Source of the DNA: Candidatus Enterousia sp. | GTDB taxonomy: Bacteria > Pseudomonadota > Alphaproteobacteria > Rs-D84 | DNA: 64,000 bases | Direction of reading: 5' to 3' | Assembly (NCBI GenBank): GCA_045612805.1 | Contig: JAZKZR010000010.1 | Coordinates: 67,136 to 131,135 of the forward strand | In this document: piece by piece, positions 8,332 through 16,669 of the stretch | How positions within the stretch are numbered: position 1 is the stretch's first letter | How the letters are laid out: the number at the start of each line of letters is the position of its first letter | Translations under genes and position numbers: made by a program | Notes under the pieces: model-generated | Databases searched by the model: none | The model's input: only the letters and a program-made list of their open reading frames with translations | Told to the model about the DNA's origin: nothing

Positions 8332-10842
8332 TTATGCGGCACGATATGCACCACGAAAAGAGGCGAATTGTGTCAAAGCATCTTTACGCATCGGTTTTTG
8401 TTTGTTTTCGGCACTGCCAAAACGCCAACTATAAAGTGGCCCAGTGTGTGAATCACGTCCGGTTTCCAAGAAATCCCAATAAGCCATAAGTTCGTTATAC
8501 ACATCGACGTGTTTTTTGTCCCACTCCCTCAATTCTTTATCGCGACGATCGATACTTGCTTGTGAATTTTTGATTTCCTCTGTGGCCTTGCGAAAATCAT
8601 TGATGTGTTGTTGCTTTTCAGCATTTTCCTGACTGATCAGTTCGTAATCTAAAACAGCGTTCTGATATCCAGGATCGACATTTTGAATGTGATCGATAAT
8701 TGCTTCTATATCAGCCACAGCAACCGTATCAATATCTACAATGCCACGACCAATAAGTCCCAAATCGATAACATCTCTAAAATTTTCCAATTGCTCTATA
8801 AGACCTTTTTTGGAATTTAACAAAGCGGTTAATTCTGCGACCTTCACGTCTTTATCTGGTCCGGCAGCCATAATAGCTGCTCGCAAAACGGGTTCCTGTG
8901 CCTCAATAGGTTCTAATTTTTTCTTGATATCATGGACTTGTTGCAATTGATTCAAAATTTGTTCATACGGTTCAAGTGCATACTGGGCTTTTAATTCATC
9001 TTGACGTCCTTTGGTATCCAAGTCTTTTTGTTTCAAATCTACATCAGCAACCCCACCACCAGGAATCCCCAAACCAACAAGTGCCGCGCCTTTCTTCATA
9101 ACATTTGCATCGCGGTTTAATGCGTCTGCAGATATACCGGCTCTATCATCTGTGACCTTCGCCACTAATGCACTCTTATCGGTAGTATTTTTTGCGTTCC
9201 ACGCAGCATAAGAACTCCTCATACCATTGTTACTAAATTTTTGGTTAAATTTACTGCCCGATTTACGTATGCCGTTAGTCAGGAAAGTTGCACCGTATCC
9301 TATGCCAATAAATGCGGCACGAACACTTTTGTCCAATGCATTGGTAACAAATTGAACCCCGGCATTTTTATTCCAAGATAATTTGTCGTTGGAAAATATA
9401 CTAAACAAATCTTTATCACTGTGCACAGCATCCATAATCTTACTGGTGGTATTGCCATACTTTATGATAGAAAGAACCTCCATCGCTATTTTTACTTGTT
9501 TAATAACATCTTCTTTTGTTTTTCCATTTTTCGGATCTTGCGCTTCTTTTGCGGCCTTCATGATAAGTTCAGAAATAAGATATTTCATTTGACGTCCGTT
9601 TTTCAGTGCACCAGCAAAAGTTTTTGACATGTTTGGATCAGATTGAAATTCTTTCAGTGTCGATTCAAGCCAATTGAACGCCGCCGTTGCATCATTTTTA
9701 CCCTTAAGATTCCCCTTGATAGCGGACGCAGATTCAACAATTTTTCCAAGTCCGTCAGACGGTTTTATATTCGATTTGTCAAGAGCCTTACAGATATCTT
9801 TGGTGGCTGGGTTAAGATATATTCTGTCGCCACGAAATTTCGTATATTTTTTGAACAGGTCTTCATATCCATCGCCAATATCTTTTTTTATCTGTTGCAA
9901 TAATGTCAGCTGGTCGGTACGTTTCGGTGTTATGTAATCTTTGGATTCGGGGTTAGCATAATCGACTTTTTCTTTTGCAACCGCGATGGCCGATGATATT
10001 TGATTGTTTTGTCCTTCGTGCTGCTTAAATGCATCTAAAACCTTTTGATTTCTATATAACAGCAACATGAAATCCGGATAATGAACCTTGAAATTTGCTA
10101 ATTTAGCAGGGTCAACTTCCGGGGTAATCCAACCAGCATAATCATTACTGATAAAACCAACATTGTTAAGACGAAACTCGTCTGCAAGGTTTTCTGCGTC
10201 CTTATCTATACCAGGGATATTTTTGCTATCATCATAAACGAATTCTGTATATTTCTGAGCAATGTTTCGAATTTCTTTTTGAAATTCTGCTTTATTATAT
10301 TCTTTTCTTGCAACCTTGGTTCTTAGTTCGTGTATGTTTACATAAGGCAACCCAAGGTAACGGAACAAATCAGGATTTTTCCTTAATAAATCTTCCAACT
10401 TTGCAACCAAATAACCAATAGCTGCCTCTGTTTCTGGTGTTGCTTTCTTTGTTTCACCCCAAGATTTATCAAATCTATCTTTGTTGTCATCTATAAAATT
10501 AACTACATCATCTTCGCCAAGATCAGCGTAAGATTTACGCTGTGCAACCAACCCAGACATAGCATTTTGCGTATTAAGAAACAATTTTTCCCAATCTTCA
10601 TCGCTTAATTCTGTCGGATTCAACGTTATAAGTTCAAAAAAAACATCCCTGTCTAACGTGAGTTCACCAGTAACAGGATCACGTTTTAACAATTTTGCCC
10701 AATCAGCCATATTTTTGGTGAGATCTTCTTTTTTTACCAAAGATTCAAATTGAACCCAGCGCTCAATATCGTCAGACTTCATCTCATTCAAACGAACAAG
10801 TTTAAAATAAGTTTCTAAAAACTTTTTCATACTCATTGCCAT
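8332..10842 (-). CDS. Large lineage-specific hypothetical protein (about 837 aa, Lys/Asp-rich, predicted coiled-coil); candidate secreted effector
   Basis: Long uninterrupted ORF. The preferred start MAMSMKKFLE has a canonical RBS (aaggag, 6 nt, atg). No enzymatic motif was recognised. Confidence 0.5.
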   Translation of the reverse strand: MAMSMKKFLETYFKLVRLNEMKSDDIERWVQFESLVKKEDLTKNMADWAKLLKRDPVTGELTLDRDVFFELITLNPTELSDEDWEKLFLNTQNAMSGLVAQRKSYADLGEDDVVNFIDDNKDRFDKSWGETKKATPETEAAIGYLVAKLEDLLRKNPDLFRYLGLPYVNIHELRTKVARKEYNKAEFQKEIRNIAQKYTEFVYDDSKNIPGIDKDAENLADEFRLNNVGFISNDYAGWITPEVDPAKLANFKVHYPDFMLLLYRNQKVLDAFKQHEGQNNQISSAIAVAKEKVDYANPESKDYITPKRTDQLTLLQQIKKDIGDGYEDLFKKYTKFRGDRIYLNPATKDICKALDKSNIKPSDGLGKIVESASAIKGNLKGKNDATAAFNWLESTLKEFQSDPNMSKTFAGALKNGRQMKYLISELIMKAAKEAQDPKNGKTKEDVIKQVKIAMEVLSIIKYGNTTSKIMDAVHSDKDLFSIFSNDKLSWNKNAGVQFVTNALDKSVRAAFIGIGYGATFLTNGIRKSGSKFNQKFSNNGMRSSYAAWNAKNTTDKSALVAKVTDDRAGISADALNRDANVMKKGAALVGLGIPGGGVADVDLKQKDLDTKGRQDELKAQYALEPYEQILNQLQQVHDIKKKLEPIEAQEPVLRAAIMAAGPDKDVKVAELTALLNSKKGLIEQLENFRDVIDLGLIGRGIVDIDTVAVADIEAIIDHIQNVDPGYQNAVLDYELISQENAEKQQHINDFRKATEEIKNSQASIDRRDKELREWDKKHVDVYNELMAYWDFLETGRDSHTGPLYSWRFGSAENKQKPMRKDALTQFASFRGAYRAA

Positions 10843-10904
10843 CGCCGACTCCTTTGGTTCTGTCTTGCCCTGGACTTTGTTATTATAGTGCAAATTTGAC
10901 AAAA

Positions 10905-11060
10905 TTTCAAGGGGGAAAGGTGGTCCCCTTCGCTGGCGAAGGGGTGGTGCCGAACGGCACCGGGGTAGTGGTATCGGCGCGTGGCGCCAACTAACTCATA
11001 CCCCACCACTTCCAGTGGTCCCCCCCTTTCCACGGGAAAGGGGAAATCCTCCCGGAATCC
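10905..11060. other. GC-rich structured intergenic element with multiple hairpins
   Basis: gggggaaaggtggtcccc, cttcgctggcgaagg, ggtgccgaacggcacc, ggcgcgtggcgcc and ccagtggtcccccctttcc form stacked hairpins. GC content is far above the surroundings and the stretch is non-coding. Confidence 0.4.
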
Positions 11061-11067
11061 ATTCACA

Positions 11068-11802
11068 ATGACAATGCCGGGCTGGTGCGGTAAAATATGG
11101 CATATGTGGGAAAAAGTCCGGGATTTTGTATTGCGTGCGTTGCCCTATGTCGCGTCCATTTTGGGCGGCGTGTTGTTGTTCACCATATCGCTTGATAATA
11201 TCCAAGACCCAAATGTTGCCGATTTAATCACAAATATATCGGCATCGCTGTTGGCGATACCGCTGGTGTTTTTGCTTTACGATTACACGAATTCGCGTGT
11301 GTCGCGGCGACTAATGGAAACAATGACGGTCAATGTAGACGATCGGATAAACACACTGGTCCTGCATGTGATTTTGGTGTTGCGAAAAATGCTTGGGATG
11401 CGTGGGCGCACGACCCTCGTCAACATAAACAAGATGCAAACACTAAGTGAATCGCACATAATCAAAAAATTGCGCATGGATGCCCGGTGCATAAATTTGC
11501 TGCACGGGTATTACAACGAATTGGAAAATATCATCTATCGATACGGGCGTGAAAGTGTGCTGTCAATTGACAATTTGCGGCTGCTGACGGAACTGGGGCG
11601 GCACATATCGCACGTGGTAAACGAACATCACCTGCGTGGAAATCGGCGAATCCTTGCGCGGCACGTCAAAAACACCATAGAAAAAGTCATAGATTGGCTG
11701 GATTCCGGGGCGGCAATCGCGATGAAGTTCGAAAAATTACTTGCCGATGCGGAATTGGCGGGGCCCGATGCCGCGGCGCAAGAAAGCGCGCCGATGAAAT
11801 AA
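11068..11802 (+). CDS. Hypothetical membrane protein (start uncertain)
   Basis: The ORF has an N-terminal TM segment (LPYVASILGGVLLFTISL). The start was chosen at the first ATG after the structured element. Alternative ATGs lie at 11086 and 11104. Confidence 0.4.
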   Translation: MTMPGWCGKIWHMWEKVRDFVLRALPYVASILGGVLLFTISLDNIQDPNVADLITNISASLLAIPLVFLLYDYTNSRVSRRLMETMTVNVDDRINTLVLHVILVLRKMLGMRGRTTLVNINKMQTLSESHIIKKLRMDARCINLLHGYYNELENIIYRYGRESVLSIDNLRLLTELGRHISHVVNEHHLRGNRRILARHVKNTIEKVIDWLDSGAAIAMKFEKLLADAELAGPDAAAQESAPMK

Positions 11803-11884
11803 TTTTTTGGCGCACACCATAATTTTCTTGCTTTTTGTGAAAAATGTGTCATAATCTGGCCCGAACTGCTGGAAAAAAAGTTCT

Positions 11885-11960
11885 GGGGCTATAGCCCAGT
11901 TGGTAGAGCAAATGACTTTTAATCATTGGGTCCAGGGTTCGAGTCCCTGTGGCCCCACCA
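11885..11960 (+). tRNA. tRNA-Lys (anticodon UUU)
   Basis: 76 nt with acceptor ggggcta/tggcccc, anticodon stem aatga/tcatt with loop cttttaa (UUU), T-arm cagggttcgagtccctg and an encoded CCA. It closely resembles the E. coli tRNA-Lys pattern. Confidence 0.9.
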
Positions 11961-12112
11961 AAATTCAAACCGACGTTACGTCGGTTTTAATTTTGGTTTG
12001 GGAAAGCAAGACGAGAACCCGTGGGTTCGACACGATAGCCGGTTTCGTAAGCATCGCGAAACGAAACCGTTGCGAGTGGAAGGGCCCCATCACGCCATAG
12101 GCGGATGGGATG

Positions 12113-12135
12113 TGCAATCCCTGTGGCCCCACCAC
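12113..12135 (+). repeat. Direct repeat of the tRNA-Lys 3' end (tccctgtggccccacca); att-like scar
   Basis: A 17-20 bp identical copy of the tRNA-Lys T-arm/acceptor 3' half lies about 155 bp downstream of the tRNA, followed by hairpins ggcctgcgcataaaagcgcaggcc and gtgtcccgccgtagccc... Confidence 0.6.
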
Positions 12136-12298
12136 AAAAATTTGTTGGCCTGCGCATAAAAGCGCAGGCCTAAAAATTTTTAGTGTCCCGCCGTAGCCCA
12201 AAAGGCGAAGGCGGACCAAACCGACACTTTTTTACTAATTTTTATGAATTGTTTATGGTATAATGCACACAGATTTATAAAAAGGAATCTGTTTAAAT

Positions 12299-13015
12299 AT
12301 GCCAGGTATATTTCATTTCAAAAAGGGTAAAATTAGTCCTGTGGTTAGCAACAGGCCGCAAACAGATGAAAACAAAATAAAAAAAGTGAACACTGCATTA
12401 CAAAAGATTGATAAGTTTTTCCATGATATAGAACCATCATTGAAAAATGGCATTTCGCGTGATGAATACTGTGAACAACACCCAGAAATAAAAGATTGCC
12501 AAAATTGCAATTTTTCTTTGACTGCCGATGAAATTATAAAACACAAAATTCCTTATAAAGTCGCGGGTTGCACAGGGCGCGCAAAATTATTTTCTAAATT
12601 TGCCCGCGATATTGGACTTACAGATTTTTTCGTTGCGCCCGCTTTTGTGATTGATGATATAGAAAGAAAAGGGCAAATCAATGGGCATGGGTTAATAGCA
12701 ATTCAATTATCTTATGGATTGTTTCTAATTGACCCAATGAAAGGGAAAACTTTTGAAACGGCAAGGATAAAGGGTAAATGCGTGGTAGATGAAAAAATTG
12801 ATGCGTCGGGAAACGGCAAAAAAGATTACACTATCGCCGCGATTTTAACACCGTACGAATACGATAAAATCAACAGTTATGCAAAAATGAAAAAGATATT
12901 TTTTGGTTGTAAAACCGCAAAAAAAATCTTGCTAAATAAAGCAACGAAAGAATTAAACAAGAAAACAGCGACACACAAAACAGCGCATATTGAAAATCAA
13001 TATCAAAACGGTTAG
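12299..13015 (+). CDS. Hypothetical protein (238 aa), lineage-specific
   Basis: ORF immediately downstream of the tRNA-Lys att-like repeat. Lys-rich, with no recognisable domain. Confidence 0.45.
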   Translation: MPGIFHFKKGKISPVVSNRPQTDENKIKKVNTALQKIDKFFHDIEPSLKNGISRDEYCEQHPEIKDCQNCNFSLTADEIIKHKIPYKVAGCTGRAKLFSKFARDIGLTDFFVAPAFVIDDIERKGQINGHGLIAIQLSYGLFLIDPMKGKTFETARIKGKCVVDEKIDASGNGKKDYTIAAILTPYEYDKINSYAKMKKIFFGCKTAKKILLNKATKELNKKTATHKTAHIENQYQNG

Positions 13016-13036
13016 TCAAAAAACTTGTGCGTTCCA

Positions 13037-14839
13037 TTAATCACTTTTCTTATTCTTAATCTGAATGTCACGCAGTTTTTTATATTCGCCGCCAAGTTTG
13101 ACCAGTTCTTCATCGGTTCCCTGTTCGACAATTTCGCCGTCTTTGATAACGCAAATTATATCGGCATCAAAAATCGTCGACAGCCGGTGAGCAATAACAA
13201 ACGTCGTCCGCCCGCGCATCAAATCGCGCAATGCCTCTTGAATTAGTTTCTCGCTTTTTGTGTCCAGTGCGGATGTTGCCTCGTCCAACAACAGTATCGG
13301 CGCATCTTTAAGAATCGCACGCGCAATCGCGATGCGTTGCTTTTGCCCGCCCGACAGCAATGCGCCACCTTCGCCAACGCATGTTTCATACCCGTGCGGA
13401 AACGCCGTGATAAAATCGTGGGCGTTCGCCGCGCGCGCCGCCGCAACAACAGCATCATGCGACGCATTTGGCGCACCGTATTTAATGTTTGCCTCTACGG
13501 TGTCATTAAACAGGAACACGTCTTGCGACACCTCTGATATATTTTTGCGCAACGAATTCAGCGTGTATTTCTTTATGTCCGTTCCGTTTATTGCAATAAA
13601 TCCATCGTCCGGGTCATAGAAACGTTCAATCAAATTAAACATTGTCGTTTTGCCACCACCACTGGGGCCGACCAGGGCGCAAACCTTGCCCGCCGGCACA
13701 TGCAGGTTGATATTGCGCAACACCGGTTCGTCCGGCACATAGGAAAATTTCACATTTTTAAATTCAACGGACGGCCGTACCGCATGCAACGCGTTTGCAC
13801 CGCGCGCATCGCGAATCGTTGGTTTCGTATCCAAGAAATCGAACAAAATTTCCGCGGCAAGTAAACCATGCTGCACCGTGTCACCGGTATTCGTAATGGA
13901 CTTTGCCGGTTTATACGCGGCGGTAAGTGCCAACAAGAACGCCGTGAAATCACCGGTTGTAATCGCACCACTTACAATAAAATGACCGCCCAAAATCATC
14001 GCCAAACACAGGCCGATTGAAATCATAACCTCTAACAATGGCGATTGCAGTCCGTTCGCCTGTGCGCTTTTATACGAATTTATCATTGAATTATTTAGCA
14101 CATTTGCGAAACGTTTTGATTCCGCATCTTCGGTGGCGAACGACTGAATAGTTTTAATTCCGCGCAGGGTTTGATTCAAATGCTGGGACACATCGTTCGC
14201 AATACCAAACGATTGCCGCGACAATTTCCGCCGCCGCCGCATAATCGCAACCATCGGCAATATAATCGCCGGCACCAAGAACAACAACACCACGCACATT
14301 TGTGGCGCATAGTAAATCATAAGGCCCACCGTGATAACCAGGGTTGCAACCTCTTGCACCACCTTGACCACGGTGCCGGTCACCAGGTTCAACACCGCGC
14401 CCGCCTGGACCCAGAAATAGTTAAGGTGTTTGCCAATCCCTTCGCCAAAAAATCCGGAAATGTCCATGCGAACCATATGATTATAAATGCGCTTTTGCAA
14501 CATCGCACTGGCGTTAAGGCCCGCCTTGGACATAAGCAGCGTCTGCGCATACCGAAACGCGCCCTTGGCGGCGAACGCGGCGATAATAAGCAGCCCGACG
14601 ATATATGTTGAATCCATATTTTTTTCGATAAACGCCTGGTCCACGACACGTTGAACAAGCGTAATCGTGTACCCTTCGGCCGCCGCGGCGCAGACCGTCG
14701 CAATAACACCGGCGATAATCCACTTTAATTGCGGCATACCGATTTCGCGCCAAATACGCACATACAGTGACCATTTAATGCGCCCGTTCTTTGGGTCGCC
14801 GTGAATAAACTTTTTAATAGAATTTATAATCTTTCTCAT
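13037..14839 (-). CDS. ABC transporter ATP-binding/permease fusion protein (MsbA-like lipid exporter family)
   Basis: 600-aa ORF with six N-terminal TM helices, then Walker A GPSGGGKTT, ABC signature LSGGQKQRIAIARA and Walker B ILLLDEATSALD. Confidence 0.85.
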   Translation of the reverse strand: MRKIINSIKKFIHGDPKNGRIKWSLYVRIWREIGMPQLKWIIAGVIATVCAAAAEGYTITLVQRVVDQAFIEKNMDSTYIVGLLIIAAFAAKGAFRYAQTLLMSKAGLNASAMLQKRIYNHMVRMDISGFFGEGIGKHLNYFWVQAGAVLNLVTGTVVKVVQEVATLVITVGLMIYYAPQMCVVLLFLVPAIILPMVAIMRRRRKLSRQSFGIANDVSQHLNQTLRGIKTIQSFATEDAESKRFANVLNNSMINSYKSAQANGLQSPLLEVMISIGLCLAMILGGHFIVSGAITTGDFTAFLLALTAAYKPAKSITNTGDTVQHGLLAAEILFDFLDTKPTIRDARGANALHAVRPSVEFKNVKFSYVPDEPVLRNINLHVPAGKVCALVGPSGGGKTTMFNLIERFYDPDDGFIAINGTDIKKYTLNSLRKNISEVSQDVFLFNDTVEANIKYGAPNASHDAVVAAARAANAHDFITAFPHGYETCVGEGGALLSGGQKQRIAIARAILKDAPILLLDEATSALDTKSEKLIQEALRDLMRGRTTFVIAHRLSTIFDADIICVIKDGEIVEQGTDEELVKLGGEYKKLRDIQIKNKKSD

Positions 14840-14970
14840 AGCGGTTTGATTATAGATAGTTATTCGGGTGGTGTAAAGACATTTATTTCCTATGGATTTT
14901 TACGAAAAAAACTTATTTATTTGCGTTTTTGAAAAAAATACTATAACATACGACAGTAAAAGACGGTTTC

Positions 14971-15064
14971 GGATGGTTGGCAGAGCGGTTGAATGCATCC
15001 GACTTGAAATCGGACAAGGTATGAAATAAGACCTTCGGGGGTTCAAATCCCTCACCATCCGCCA
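14971..15064 (+). tRNA. tRNA-Ser (anticodon UGA)
   Basis: 94 nt with acceptor ggatggt/accatcc, D-arm gcagagcggttgaatgc, anticodon loop cttgaaa (UGA), a long variable arm (aaggt...acctt), T-arm gggggttcaaatccctc and an encoded CCA. Confidence 0.85.
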
Positions 15065-15065
15065 C

Positions 15066-15100
15066 AAAAATCAAACGCCCATTCGGGCGTTTTATTTTTG
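15066..15100 (+). terminator. Rho-independent terminator after tRNA-Ser
   Basis: Hairpin aacgcccattcgggcgtt followed by ttatttttg. Confidence 0.7.
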
Positions 15101-15227
15101 TCTTGTATGGCATCGGGTTGGGCACTGGCAACATTTGTTGCCCGGGTTCACACGATAGTTGGCAAGAACAAGCGCAAAAGCGCGCGGTTCGCGCCTTACG
15201 TGTGGTGAGCGCACGCGAACAAATCCC

Positions 15228-16133
15228 TCACTTTTTCGCAAAAAAATCATAGAAATTAAACCACTGGGTTGGGGCGGCGATGGCGGCGCTTTCCAAAAAT
15301 TCGGCAAAGCCGTTCGCCATATTGTGGACATTTTTATCATCTAATTTTTTAATAACCAATTTATACTTTTCGGCACCAATGTTTAATAAGGCCACCGCAA
15401 ATACGGGGTGCGACATGGCACGCGCAAACCTGAACACACCAATCGGCAATTCGCAATCGCGCCCCAGTATTTGCGCACTTATTGTCTTGCCCGGCGTTGC
15501 GGCGGATACCCGATCGCCCGCCATCATAACCAATTCGCCGTTAGCCAGGGAATCAAACATTTCGCCGGCCGTTCCAACATTCATATCTTCCACCGCATGA
15601 ATAATCGTGTTCGGTCGCACGGAATGCGCGGATATAAAACGATAAAAAACGCCTGTTTGCCCAATTTGTTGAAATGCGTGAATTTTTATATCTTGGCCAC
15701 CAGGGAACGCGGACAATGCACCGATATTACCGACATGACCGCAAATTAAAAAAGCACCCATTTTTTGTTTAATCAGATTTTGAAATTCGCGCCAATCGGC
15801 ATCTTCTTGGACGATAAATTTTATGCGATTTTTTTTGTCGCACATCGCCACCATTTTATCGACCAAGGAATCCGCAAAACACCGAATATGCCGCGCGGGG
15901 GAAAATATTGTCGGTTCCGTATTTCGTGCAATTTGATATTCATTCAAAATTCGCCGATATTCGCGCGAAAACCGCCTGGTGGATTTTGCGCCCATACCGA
16001 TTACGGTTGCAATAATGCGGACCCAAAATTTCATAAACCGGATGCCAAAAATTCGGTACACCCACAACAACAGCCCCAATCGCCACATGCCCGCACCACG
16101 TTCCTGTTGCTGATACCATTTCCCTGTGTTCAA
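15228..16133 (-). CDS. Lipid A biosynthesis lauroyl/myristoyl acyltransferase-like protein (LpxL/HtrB family), APE-cluster associated
   Basis: 301 aa with an N-terminal TM segment and an LpxL-like acyltransferase fold pattern. It sits at the edge of the APE-like cluster. Confidence 0.55.
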   Translation of the reverse strand: MNTGKWYQQQERGAGMWRLGLLLWVYRIFGIRFMKFWVRIIATVIGMGAKSTRRFSREYRRILNEYQIARNTEPTIFSPARHIRCFADSLVDKMVAMCDKKNRIKFIVQEDADWREFQNLIKQKMGAFLICGHVGNIGALSAFPGGQDIKIHAFQQIGQTGVFYRFISAHSVRPNTIIHAVEDMNVGTAGEMFDSLANGELVMMAGDRVSAATPGKTISAQILGRDCELPIGVFRFARAMSHPVFAVALLNIGAEKYKLVIKKLDDKNVHNMANGFAEFLESAAIAAPTQWFNFYDFFAKK

Positions 16134-16165
16134 AGTGACTTGCCTTTGGTTGTTTTTATTTTATA

Positions 16166-16669
16166 ATGCGTTTTATGCAGGTATTTATAGCAAACATTGA
16201 TTCAATAAGCAAGAACACCGATGATTTTATGGCACTGTTGTCGGCCGATGACCGTGCGCGCGCGAAAAAATTCCAAAAACAAACACGCAAATTGCAATTT
16301 GTATTGGGGCATTTAATGGTGGCAAACATCGGCAAAAAATATGCATCTATTGCGCACAGGGATAATGTAGTTGTTGTTGCAACCGCTTCAAATGCGCGCC
16401 TTGGTGTTGATATAGAAAATGCATCTGTTAAACGTGACTTTGTTGCAGCGTCGGAAATTATTGGGATAAAGCCGTCAAAAACATTATTCAATTTTTATAA
16501 AAACTTCACAGAATCCGAGGCGATATATAAACTGGGGACCACGCCGGCGTGCACCCATTTTATAACATATGGCGATTATTTAATCTGTGTTGTGGCAAAT
16601 AAAAAATTTGCAATGCCGCGCGTGCATAATTTTGATGCGCTATCAATTTTGACGGCAAAACAGGAATAA
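16166..16669 (+). CDS. 4'-phosphopantetheinyl transferase (Sfp/EntD type)
   Basis: 167 aa with ...RARAKKFQKQTRKLQFVLGHLM... and the GVDIE motif. Size and motifs are typical of PPTases. It is adjacent to a cluster with two ACPs. Confidence 0.6.
   Translation: MRFMQVFIANIDSISKNTDDFMALLSADDRARAKKFQKQTRKLQFVLGHLMVANIGKKYASIAHRDNVVVVATASNARLGVDIENASVKRDFVAASEIIGIKPSKTLFNFYKNFTESEAIYKLGTTPACTHFITYGDYLICVVANKKFAMPRVHNFDALSILTAKQE

Noticed and set aside
11961-12135. Possible tmRNA (ssrA) acceptor piece or tRNA pseudogene downstream of tRNA-Lys
   Set aside because: A T-arm-like hairpin (gggatgtgcaatccc) and a CCA end exist. No complementary 5' acceptor strand, tag-peptide reading frame (…LAA) or resume codon could be found. 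It is better explained as a duplicated tRNA 3' end.
11926-12219. ORFs of 77 aa (+), 66 aa (+) and 84 aa (-) overlapping tRNA-Lys and the downstream hairpin region
   Set aside because: They overlap a confidently called tRNA and its att-like repeat. No RBS is present, and the structured RNA or repeat sequence explains the open frames.
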